From a virus, in IMG/VR virus record IMGVR_UViG_3300002056_000004, positions 1-52,787 of that record: DNA of 52,787 bases; one strand, given 5' to 3'. The notes under the pieces are model-generated. The model worked only from the letters and a program-made list of their open reading frames with translations, was not told the origin of the DNA and did no database searches. Made by a program: the position numbers and the translations under genes. Positions 15,150 through 23,572 of the stretch are shown here, in pieces (the first letter of the stretch is position 1; the number at the start of each line of letters is the position of its first letter).

Positions 15150-16962
15150 ATTGGACAATGACAAGCCCTATCAGTTGGCTAAATCAAGCCTTGCTATCGG
15201 CAAAGTTCCTGAGCCTTTAACCGCTTCCCAGTGGGCTGATAATCATTTCTATTTGTCGTCTGAAAGTTCTAACACTTCGGGCAAGTGGAAAACCATACCT
15301 ATTCAGGTGGCGATATTAAACGCCATGGGTAATGATGCGATTGAGAAAGTTGACTTTTTCAAACCAACCCGATTTGGCGGTACAAAAATGGACGTTGCCG
15401 CCATGTTCTATTTGATTGAGCATAAGCGTAGGAATATCTGTTTTTATCAGCCGTCTAAAGGTGATAGTGATGAATTTGTAAAGTCTGAAATACAGCCTTC
15501 TTTAAGGGATTGCCCGCTCGTTGAGGATCTGATGATTGATAAGTCAGAAAGTAATTCCTACAATACACTAAGCTACAAGGCTTTTCGTGGTTGCGTTGCT
15601 TATTTTAAAGGCGGTCATTCACCAAGTTCATATGAGCGCATGACGCTTGATGCGGTAATTCTTGACGAGTTGGACTTGTTCAATACAGACGTATCAAAAA
15701 GGGGCAATCCAACTACACTGAGTTATGCCCGCGTTCGTAATTCACTTTTTAAAAAGCAGATACAGACTTCCAAACCCACGCTTGAGGGGTTTTCGCTTAT
15801 TCAAAAATCATCAATGGCTGCAAATGACATTCTTGACTACAAAGTAAAATGCCCAGAGTGCGAAACGCACACGACTATTGAATGGGGCGGGCATGACGTT
15901 CAGTATGGTTTCAAGTGGAGCGAAAACGATCCTTCGACAGTAAAGCACTATTGCAAGGAATGCGGATCAGCATGGGATAACAGTTGCCTACATGAAGTAA
16001 GCAAGGGCGGTTATTGGGAAGGTGAAAACGGCTACAAGACTTACGACGCAATGGCTTGGTACAAGGATGGCGTTGAGGCTATTGCACCGCGCCATATAGC
16101 GTTCAGAACATGGTCAGGATATTCGCCGTTTGTTACTTGGCAGCAGATTGTAGAGGAATGGCTTGATTCCCAGGGTGACATTACCAAAATTCAAGCCTTC
16201 ATGAACAATGTGCTTACAAAGACCTGGAGCATTAAGCACAAGGGAACGATTACAGAGGCAATCATTGATGATATGCCCTTGGAAAAAGACCTTTCAAAAA
16301 TTGTGGCTGTCACGGCTGGGGTTGATGTTCAAGACGACCGTATCGAATTGCAGTATGCAGGATTTGACCAAGAGAATAATATATACGTGCTTGGTTATGA
16401 TGAGGTCAGGGGTGATATGGATACGGCTGAGCCTTATATCGAGATGGGGATGAGGATCATCGAATCACGTTTCCAGTGTGGCGATAATATACTGAGACCT
16501 GCTGTTGCTTGCATCGACACGCAAGGCCACAAGACGAAAACTGTGCATGAGTTTTTAAAACACAATGCGAATAACAAATCTGTTCGTTTCGTTGGCATCA
16601 ATGGTGTTGGTGGTGCTGATTACGAAATCTCTGACAAGGCTTCAACAAATCGAGACGTTAAGGGTTCCGTGTTTTATTCAATCGGCACGAATATTCTCAA
16701 ATACAAAATTTATGATGCGATCCGTAAATATGACCAGCCGAATGGGTCGTTCAGAATTTCTTATGATGCAAACCTGCCAAAAGATTACGCTAAACAATTG
16801 ACGGCTGAAAAGATGGAAATCAGGCGTATAAAGGGCGTTGATAAGATTGTATTCACAAATGACAGCCAAAGGCGAAACGAAGCACTCGATACGCTGGTCT
16901 ATTGTCTGGCAGCAAAGGCTTATATCAGGGATCATATGCGCGACGGAAGGCGGGTATTCTAA
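15139..16962 (+). CDS. Terminase large subunit, lambda gpA family
   Basis: 607 aa. N-terminal ATPase context ..SGKWKTIPIQVAILNAMGND..KPTRFGGTKM and a Zn-ribbon CPECE..CKECG as in the GpA family. GTG start. Confidence 0.85.
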   Translation: MLSELDNDKPYQLAKSSLAIGKVPEPLTASQWADNHFYLSSESSNTSGKWKTIPIQVAILNAMGNDAIEKVDFFKPTRFGGTKMDVAAMFYLIEHKRRNICFYQPSKGDSDEFVKSEIQPSLRDCPLVEDLMIDKSESNSYNTLSYKAFRGCVAYFKGGHSPSSYERMTLDAVILDELDLFNTDVSKRGNPTTLSYARVRNSLFKKQIQTSKPTLEGFSLIQKSSMAANDILDYKVKCPECETHTTIEWGGHDVQYGFKWSENDPSTVKHYCKECGSAWDNSCLHEVSKGGYWEGENGYKTYDAMAWYKDGVEAIAPRHIAFRTWSGYSPFVTWQQIVEEWLDSQGDITKIQAFMNNVLTKTWSIKHKGTITEAIIDDMPLEKDLSKIVAVTAGVDVQDDRIELQYAGFDQENNIYVLGYDEVRGDMDTAEPYIEMGMRIIESRFQCGDNILRPAVACIDTQGHKTKTVHEFLKHNANNKSVRFVGINGVGGADYEISDKASTNRDVKGSVFYSIGTNILKYKIYDAIRKYDQPNGSFRISYDANLPKDYAKQLTAEKMEIRRIKGVDKIVFTNDSQRRNEALDTLVYCLAAKAYIRDHMRDGRRVF

Positions 16963-17135
16963 TGTCTAAGGATTGCAATTTTTGCGGTGGCGATCGTATG
17001 GGTGTAAAAAACAAAAAGGGCGTTATTGCTTACTCGGAATCCAAACATGGCAGATATAAACTACCGCGATATTCCCCTGTTGATGAGCAGGACACCGCAG
17101 AAAATAAACAAGGCAGCAGCAGCAGCTCTGAATGA
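16962..17135 (+). CDS. Possible small ORF (57 aa, CNFCGG motif)
   Basis: ATG overlaps the terminase stop by 1 nt, but its 3' part overlaps the next ORF by 89 nt. Only one of the two readings may be real there. Confidence 0.3.
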   Translation: MSKDCNFCGGDRMGVKNKKGVIAYSESKHGRYKLPRYSPVDEQDTAENKQGSSSSSE

Positions 17136-17643
17136 GGTCGCATTCCAAGGCCGCAAGTCTGCAACGAATGCTGCTATCAGGGATATGGACTTCACGGGCA
17201 ACCCTTTCCGAGCGATAGGGTTTCAAATCGATAAGGCAAGAAGTGCCGGACGCCCTATAGAATCATCAATCTTTACAAATAGGAAATGGCTGCACTATCA
17301 CATTTCTGATCCCGGAACTCGGAAAGCTTCAAGCGGCATTAAGTTTCAAGGAAAACGTTATTTGCTTATTCCACATGAGAGGGCAAGCGGATTTTTCACA
17401 AAGAAGGGAAGGCTTAAGGCTAGCGCCAAGCGTGGATTCTTTATAGTTCGTCGCAGGTCTGGTCAGGTTATTGCGCTTCACAGAAAAAAAGGCAGTAAGC
17501 AGGTTAGCTATATTGGCGCTCTTGTTCTTGATGCTGCTCATAACAAGGATACTAATCCGGAAAAGCATATTTTCGCAACGCATAAGCGGATGGTGAATGA
17601 CCAATTCAGGAAAAACCTAAGAAGGCAGGGTTTGCGTAGGTAA
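17047..17643 (+). CDS. Highly basic hypothetical protein inserted between terminase and gpW-like gene
   Basis: About 198 aa, K/R-rich (..KKGRLKASAKRGFFIVRRRSGQVIALHRKKGSK..). Start uncertain (TTG 17026, ATG 17047, 17083 or 17179). Confidence 0.5.
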   Translation: MADINYRDIPLLMSRTPQKINKAAAAALNEVAFQGRKSATNAAIRDMDFTGNPFRAIGFQIDKARSAGRPIESSIFTNRKWLHYHISDPGTRKASSGIKFQGKRYLLIPHERASGFFTKKGRLKASAKRGFFIVRRRSGQVIALHRKKGSKQVSYIGALVLDAAHNKDTNPEKHIFATHKRMVNDQFRKNLRRQGLRR

Positions 17644-17652
17644 AAACAGAAA

Positions 17653-17680
17653 CGGGATTGGCTTTGCAACGCCAATCCCG
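17653..17680. other. 10-bp perfect inverted repeat (stem-loop) in an AT-rich gap
   Basis: CGGGATTGGC tttgcaac GCCAATCCCG. The T-rich run is on the minus-strand side only (tttctgttttt). Confidence 0.5.
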
Positions 17681-17884
17681 TAAAATTACTAGCCCAAAAT
17701 ATAGAAAAGACCAGTAATTACTTCAATAGCGCAAATGCTTTGATTTGGCAACATCATTGGCTTATTAACGACAAATTATTAAATGTCTTAAATGCGACAC
17801 ATATTCTATAAGCGACAAATGCCAAGTTTTTTGGAAGATAATCAATAATGTCGTAAAAAGAACACCAAATACATTGGTGGTCTT

Positions 17885-18199
17885 ATGCCTAGCACTCTTG
17901 ATGAAGTTATTGAACGTTGCAAATGCACCCGTCCAAATCCTTGCGACGTGGTGTGTCAGCTTGAGAATTTTCAACTTGATTTGGTAATGAATAAAGGTTT
18001 ACGCTCCTATGAAATAGGCGGTGAAAAGTTCACCATATTCAGGCCAAATATGACCGAATTACAGGCACTTATTAATCATTACAAGAAATTATGTGCTGAT
18101 TGCGCTGCTGGTGGCGATGGGATAACCCGTCGTCGGGCGAATAAGGTATTTATCCACTCAGATGCGCGAGTTAGACGCGGTTCAGGTTGTGGTTGCTGA
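17885..18199 (+). CDS. gpW-like head-tail joining protein
   Basis: 104 aa immediately before the portal gene. YEIGGEKFTIFRPNMTELQALINHYKK parallels the lambda gpW core. Confidence 0.55.
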   Translation: MPSTLDEVIERCKCTRPNPCDVVCQLENFQLDLVMNKGLRSYEIGGEKFTIFRPNMTELQALINHYKKLCADCAAGGDGITRRRANKVFIHSDARVRRGSGCGC

Positions 18200-18201
18200 T
18201 T

Positions 18202-19827
18202 ATGAGTTTTGGTGCTGCAAATATCGCTCATAAAGATGTCGCAAAATGGCATTCAACGCTTGCTACCATGCGCTCAGACCTATGCGATAAGTGGGCAATT
18301 GAAAACAGGGCTTATGACCTATATCGCAACAACGACTATATGCGCGGTATGGTTGAAAAGCAGGTTGATGCAATCGTCGGTCCCAAAACCAATGTTCAAC
18401 TTATGCCAAATCATAAAGAATTTGGAGTAAGCAAGCAGGAAGCGCAAGCGTGGGCAAGGAATGCGGAGGATATTCTGCATTCTTACATTCATTCCCCTGA
18501 AAATTGGGTCTCATCAAATCGCGTTATGGACTTTACGCAATTTGCACGAAGCCTTGCCAGATATAATATCCTGAGTGGTGAGATGATGGTCTCAAGGGAG
18601 TGGCGACCTTCCCCCATGGGTATCAATACATGCTTTAATCTGATTTCTCCTAAACGTGTGCGCAATCCTAACATCGGTTCGTTTGGCGCAAGTCAGCCGC
18701 GTATGGTTGAAGGCATTGAGTTAGACCGCTATGGCGCTCCGAAAGCATATCGTATTGAACAAATCCGCGCTGGCGAAACAACTATTCAGTCAAACGGGAT
18801 GGAATTTAAGCGGGTTGCAATCAGAAATTCATTCGGGTTCATGCAATTTTTTCACGTATTTGAGCCAATGATGGCAGAATATACGCGCGGAATATCTCAG
18901 ACGGCTGCTTCATTGATACGTCACAAAAAAGTAGAGCGCCTTGAGGATGCTGATCTGGACAAGGCAATCATTACTTCAAACTACGCGATAACTATTACGT
19001 CCGACGAAAGCCCTGAGAGCGTCTCTGATATGCTTGCTGGAATTGATAGTGACCGTGGTAGTGATTTTGCGCTTCCTTCAAATCAGGAGGCATCTGAGGA
19101 CGCTGATAAAGCGTATAAACGTGACCAAATACTAGGCAGAATTCTTGAAGAGCGTTTTATTGAGACGCATGGCGCTCAATTAATGCACTTGTTTAAAGGG
19201 GAGGATGCAAAAGTCCTTGCAGCTCCTAACACAATTGGCACGATGGACAGCTATGTAAGCAATCACAAGAGAGCAATCGCTAACTCTTTGGGCATGGGGT
19301 ACGAATTCGCAACTGGCGACTTCAAGGGGCTTAATTTCTCTGCTGGTCAGCTTACGATGGGTATCAATGACCACAACATAAACATCAAGCGCAAAGTTTA
19401 TATTCATAAGGTCTTGAGGCTTATGGTTCGCTCCCTTCTTGATGAGCTAATCAGCCGTGGCATTATCCCGCTATTGGGCAACAAGCCATACTTCCCCAAC
19501 AAGGAAGCTTACACACGTTGCGAATTTACAGGCGCAAGACGCGTTCATGTAGATCCCGTTAAGAAATCCCGTTCGCAGGTGATGGATTTGGCATCGGGTA
19601 CAACTTCAAGAACCCAAATTGCAGAAGAGAATGGCGATGACTTCGAAAGCATTATCGAGTCACGTGGTCAGGAAGCCCTGCAAATTCTCACAACGATTGA
19701 TGCTGCTGCCGAGTCCGAGGGGCTAAAGCTAACAGCCGCGCAAAAACTCAAGGTAATTACGGACGTTATTTCGACTGAAACAGTTGAATTGCCACCAGAA
19801 ATGGAAATGGAAGCAGAAGAAACATGA
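18202..19827 (+). CDS. Portal protein, lambda gpB family
   Basis: About 541 aa, sitting between gpW-like and S49 protease genes as in lambda. ATG 18202 follows the gpW stop; the track ORF starts at TTG 18187. Confidence 0.8.
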   Translation: MSFGAANIAHKDVAKWHSTLATMRSDLCDKWAIENRAYDLYRNNDYMRGMVEKQVDAIVGPKTNVQLMPNHKEFGVSKQEAQAWARNAEDILHSYIHSPENWVSSNRVMDFTQFARSLARYNILSGEMMVSREWRPSPMGINTCFNLISPKRVRNPNIGSFGASQPRMVEGIELDRYGAPKAYRIEQIRAGETTIQSNGMEFKRVAIRNSFGFMQFFHVFEPMMAEYTRGISQTAASLIRHKKVERLEDADLDKAIITSNYAITITSDESPESVSDMLAGIDSDRGSDFALPSNQEASEDADKAYKRDQILGRILEERFIETHGAQLMHLFKGEDAKVLAAPNTIGTMDSYVSNHKRAIANSLGMGYEFATGDFKGLNFSAGQLTMGINDHNINIKRKVYIHKVLRLMVRSLLDELISRGIIPLLGNKPYFPNKEAYTRCEFTGARRVHVDPVKKSRSQVMDLASGTTSRTQIAEENGDDFESIIESRGQEALQILTTIDAAAESEGLKLTAAQKLKVITDVISTETVELPPEMEMEAEET

Positions 19828-21083
19828 CCAATATCAAAGAGGAATCTATTCAGGCATTTAAGAAGTTTGCAAATGGCGAAGTTGTTTCATGCCACTCGCT
19901 CGACGATGCGCTTGCTAGTGTAGACTTTGTGGCGCTGTCTGAGTTTGATGGTGAAGGCTACCACCCAGGATATTGCGTTGATAACGGCATCGCGACGATT
20001 AACATCGTCGGCCTTTTAATACCGGACATTCAAGAGGATATAACAGAATTCGGAATCACTGGTTATCCGATGGTTTCCCGTTATTTGGCGCAAGCTGAGG
20101 CTGATAATTCTGTTCAGGGGATTGTTCTGGATATTGATAGCGGTGGCGGCTATGTGCGCGGCCTTGACGCTGTTATTGAGGAAATCGAAGCAACTGCCAA
20201 GCCCGTTCGTGCTTATGTGCGCAATGCTTATTCAGCCGCTTACAAGATAGCAAGCACTTGTGAAAAACTTGTCGCAAATAAGCAATCTGGAGCGGGTTCA
20301 ATTGGCGTTTATCTTGAATTTTATGATTACTCAAAAGCGGTTGAGAATTCAGGAATTTCTATTGAAGTTTTCAAATCTGGATTTTGGAAAGGCGCATTCA
20401 ATAACGCTATTCCATTGACCCAAAGAGAGCGCGAGAAACTTCAAGAAGAGGTTGATTTTGAAGCAGAATTATTCTTTGAACACGTATCCAATAAGCGCGG
20501 AATACCAACCGATACCATCCGCGAATGGGAGGGCAATTCGTGGCAAGGGCAGGAAATTTTGACACTAAATTTAGTTGATAGTATTTCTACAACTATTGAC
20601 GCTGTTTTTAATGACGTAAATAGGATACCAGAAATGGATGCAAACAAACTAATTGGAAAGTCAGGCGCTAAGGCTGAAGAAGCTGCTACTGGTACTCCAG
20701 ACATTCAAGCCCTGATTGACCAAGCAAAAGCTGATGCTGTTGCTGAATATCAGGAAAAGGCCAAAGAAGCTCAGGCTGAGGCTTTTGACCGATCAAAAGC
20801 GATTTTCTCAAGCGCAGCTCCAGAAGAAATCAAAACGCTTCTTGCAAGTGATGAATTCGAGGGCATCAAGGGCGAGTCTTTGAATAAGCTTATCGTTGCG
20901 ATTGAAGCGAATACTTTCGCCAAGGCGATGGAAGAAGATGGCGGCGCTGGCGTTGCCGAGGCTTCTGGCGAATTCAAAAATGACCCAATCGATGACGCAA
21001 CTGGCAAGCAAACTGCTGAGCAGAAAAAGTCTTATGAAGATGCGTTGGCAAGAATTCAAGAATCCGGAATTGGAGCAATTTAA
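19824..21083 (+). CDS. S49-family (ClpP/SppA-like) prohead protease with scaffold-like C-terminal half (lambda gpC/Nu3 type)
   Basis: GIVLDIDSGGGYVRG...AYSAAYKIASTCEKLVANKQSGAGSIGV. The Ala/Glu/Lys-rich helical C-terminal third is scaffold-like. Confidence 0.8.
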   Translation: MTNIKEESIQAFKKFANGEVVSCHSLDDALASVDFVALSEFDGEGYHPGYCVDNGIATINIVGLLIPDIQEDITEFGITGYPMVSRYLAQAEADNSVQGIVLDIDSGGGYVRGLDAVIEEIEATAKPVRAYVRNAYSAAYKIASTCEKLVANKQSGAGSIGVYLEFYDYSKAVENSGISIEVFKSGFWKGAFNNAIPLTQREREKLQEEVDFEAELFFEHVSNKRGIPTDTIREWEGNSWQGQEILTLNLVDSISTTIDAVFNDVNRIPEMDANKLIGKSGAKAEEAATGTPDIQALIDQAKADAVAEYQEKAKEAQAEAFDRSKAIFSSAAPEEIKTLLASDEFEGIKGESLNKLIVAIEANTFAKAMEEDGGAGVAEASGEFKNDPIDDATGKQTAEQKKSYEDALARIQESGIGAI

Positions 21084-21481
21084 TGAGCAACTGTAACTGC
21101 GAATTTCCTGTGCTGGAAAGCGTTGAAATCACAATCTCTGACGACAGCCTAAAGTGTGCTGAAGTTCAGTGCAAAATGAAGCAGCGCATTACTGGCAAAG
21201 ATGGCGAGACATTTGAAATCGGCATGCCTGTAACCCTTGACCCTGCTACTGGTGAAATCAGCCCTGATCCTACGGGTACTGCTGATAACCTTTGGGGCAT
21301 TTCAATGGTTTCAAAAACCGCAACTGCTGACGACCCTATGATTCTTATCATGAGGGACGGTGTTGTCTGCTGGAAACAAATCGCTGCTGCGGCTGGCTTG
21401 GATGCCACTGACGCTGCTGTTTATTGGCCGGTTGCCATGGCATTTCGCCAAATCGGAATTTACGTTGAGGAGTCCCTATAA
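21083..21481 (+). CDS. Head decoration protein (gpD-like)
   Basis: 132 aa between protease and capsid genes. GMPVTLDPATGEI..LWGISM..DGVVCW pattern. Confidence 0.6.
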   Translation: MSNCNCEFPVLESVEITISDDSLKCAEVQCKMKQRITGKDGETFEIGMPVTLDPATGEISPDPTGTADNLWGISMVSKTATADDPMILIMRDGVVCWKQIAAAAGLDATDAAVYWPVAMAFRQIGIYVEESL

Positions 21482-22572
21482 TGAACCGCGTATGTGACCG
21501 TGAAGTAGGTCTTATCAACTTCATCGAAAAGCAAAAAATAGACCTTGGTTCTGATTTTGCTTACAATAATTTCTTCACCAAACGCCGCGACGAATCTGAG
21601 TTCGTTGAACTTCGCAACTATGTCGAGGGCGACATTATGCCAGCGTTTCACTCTGGCCAGTGTGACCTCCCAAACATCGTTAAAAACCCTGACCGCTCAG
21701 TGACAATTGACCGATACAACTTCAACCTGATCCGTGAGGAAGCAAAAGTTGATGGTTGTCGCGTTGATGAAGAACGTGTTGATGAGCGTGGCGAATACTA
21801 CCGACCTAACCGTCGTTACGACCTTGCCTACAATCGTTCTGGCGCTACTTTGGTTCAAAGAATCCGCAAGCTGAAATATGCGCAATCCTGGGAGCTTTTG
21901 AAATACGGTGCTTATACACTTTATTCTGACGTGGATAAGGAAATGGGCATTCTCGACTTTAAGCGCGATGATGCCCTTGCAAACATTGACCTGACTGGCA
22001 CTGAGAATGATTGGTGCGCAGCCTGTGCAGAGCCAATGGAAGTTATTGAGGAAATTGTTCAGAACATGGCGCGTTGTAATGCTGCCATGGGTAATGTGAA
22101 CATTATTCACTCAAATACATCGTGGAAAGCAATCCAGATGCACGAGACACTTGAGGCAAAACTTGCCCAAAACCCTCGTCAATTCTCTGGCTTTGAATCG
22201 CTTGTAAACACTCAATTTGCTGGCGTGTTTTTCCAAGGCGCTACTAATGGCGGTCGGTTCCGTCATTGGACTGCAAATGGACAATACTACAGTTCAAACC
22301 ATGAACTTACTGACTACGTTCCTGAAGGTTACGTTCTTATCGCAATGAGCGGAAGCTTTGGCGGCCTTGACCTGATAAATCCATGGTCAAGTGACTACCG
22401 TGAGCGCCTTCCTGATGGCGTCGATTTCTTCATGAATGAAGATTACGACCGCAAGTGCCGCACGACTGACCAGTGGATCGAGCATCGTAGCTTGATGCTT
22501 CCAACGAACGTCAATGGCGCTGTTCTTGTGAAGGTTGTTTCTGACGACTGTGAATTCTGCAAGGAGTGTTAA
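21481..22572 (+). CDS. Major capsid protein, lambda gpE family
   Basis: 363 aa, with the size, position and sequence architecture of Phage_cap_E. ATGA-type coupling to the decorator gene. Confidence 0.7.
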   Translation: MNRVCDREVGLINFIEKQKIDLGSDFAYNNFFTKRRDESEFVELRNYVEGDIMPAFHSGQCDLPNIVKNPDRSVTIDRYNFNLIREEAKVDGCRVDEERVDERGEYYRPNRRYDLAYNRSGATLVQRIRKLKYAQSWELLKYGAYTLYSDVDKEMGILDFKRDDALANIDLTGTENDWCAACAEPMEVIEEIVQNMARCNAAMGNVNIIHSNTSWKAIQMHETLEAKLAQNPRQFSGFESLVNTQFAGVFFQGATNGGRFRHWTANGQYYSSNHELTDYVPEGYVLIAMSGSFGGLDLINPWSSDYRERLPDGVDFFMNEDYDRKCRTTDQWIEHRSLMLPTNVNGAVLVKVVSDDCEFCKEC

Positions 22573-22575
22573 TCG

Positions 22576-22770
22576 GTGAAAGAGCCAATCAAATATTCTT
22601 TGGATAAACACGGATTGCTTAAACCTAAAGCGGAGGTCTTGGAACAAGAGGCTTCCGCGCCAAAGGCAGATTCAAAGGCTGACAAAAAGCCTGAGAAAAA
22701 ACCTGAAAGCAAGCCTGAAGAAAATCCGAATACAGAAAAGAAAACGCTGAAACTTCCTGAAAAGGAGTAG
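22576..22770 (+). CDS. Small Lys/Pro/Glu-rich protein
   Basis: 64 aa, GTG start. Low-complexity tail KADSKADKKPEKKPESKPEENP. Confidence 0.45.
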   Translation: MKEPIKYSLDKHGLLKPKAEVLEQEASAPKADSKADKKPEKKPESKPEENPNTEKKTLKLPEKE

Positions 22771-22774
22771 CGAA

Positions 22775-23542
22775 ATGGTTTGGAAAACTAGCCGATGGTT
22801 GCAGGAGATCGCTTGTCCAACAAGTGCAGACTGCGACCCTCTCAAGATTATTGAATCATGGGAAACTGACATGATTGATAGCGCGACTGGCTGCGAAGTC
22901 TATCGCGGTATTAACGAGTGCGGTGATGCCGTCCTTTACTACAACAACCCTGACAATGGAGAAATTGTTTTGACTAATTCCGGATTTACAAAAGCGGCTG
23001 GTTCTGTAACCACGCAGGAAGCTTATGAAACCCTTGCAAGTGGTGCTGTTGAGCGCCTTAACCAGACTGTAATGGTTGATGCTGCTGGTGCGATTACAGG
23101 CACTACGTACTCCCAGTTTGGCGATGGCTCTGCCTATACACCTGCTGACCTTGCAATGGTTGCTCCAGAGCCGCAAAAGCTGCAAATGGGTGAGGAATCA
23201 TTTGACGTGACTGGCGCATCAACTTCCCTTCCAAATATCCCTACGGTTGCAAACTCACAAGGCCAGAACTTCCCACAACATGCATATGTTCATGTTGAGG
23301 CTGACAGCGACAACACTGCCGCTGGCATTTCTTACACAACTGATGGCACTGATCCTGCTGAAAGTGCGACTGCCAAGGAATTTGAAGTCTCTGAAGGCAA
23401 GGGCTTTGACCTTGATACATGGGAAGAGATTGATGGCTTCCGCGCTGTACCGATTGACGGTAATGGCGACCCTGACGCCGCGCTTACTGTTCAAGTTTCA
23501 GTTGAGTACAACAACATTTCACCAGACAAGGGTGACGTATAA
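22775..23542 (+). CDS. Hypothetical structural-module protein (255 aa)
   Basis: Acidic and Thr/Ala/Gly-rich. ISYTTDGTDP resembles the motif of chitobiase/Fn3-associated Ig-like domains. Confidence 0.6.
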   Translation: MVWKTSRWLQEIACPTSADCDPLKIIESWETDMIDSATGCEVYRGINECGDAVLYYNNPDNGEIVLTNSGFTKAAGSVTTQEAYETLASGAVERLNQTVMVDAAGAITGTTYSQFGDGSAYTPADLAMVAPEPQKLQMGEESFDVTGASTSLPNIPTVANSQGQNFPQHAYVHVEADSDNTAAGISYTTDGTDPAESATAKEFEVSEGKGFDLDTWEEIDGFRAVPIDGNGDPDAALTVQVSVEYNNISPDKGDV

Positions 23543-23546
23543 GGAG

Positions 23547-23570
23547 GGGAGGCGAAAGCCTCTCTTTTCT
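23547..23570 (+). terminator. Intrinsic terminator-like hairpin just before the beta-helix gene
   Basis: GGGAGGC gaaa GCCTCTC (7-bp stem including one G-U, GAAA loop) followed by TTTTCT. The next ATG at 23573 has no SD. Confidence 0.45.
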
Positions 23571-23572
23571 GC

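Noticed and set aside
17765-17974. 69-aa minus-strand ORF overlapping the gpW-like start
   Set aside because: The composition is implausible and it overlaps the gpW-like gene by 90 nt. However, the nearby stem-loop with a minus-strand U-tract means an antisense RNA cannot be excluded (see findings).
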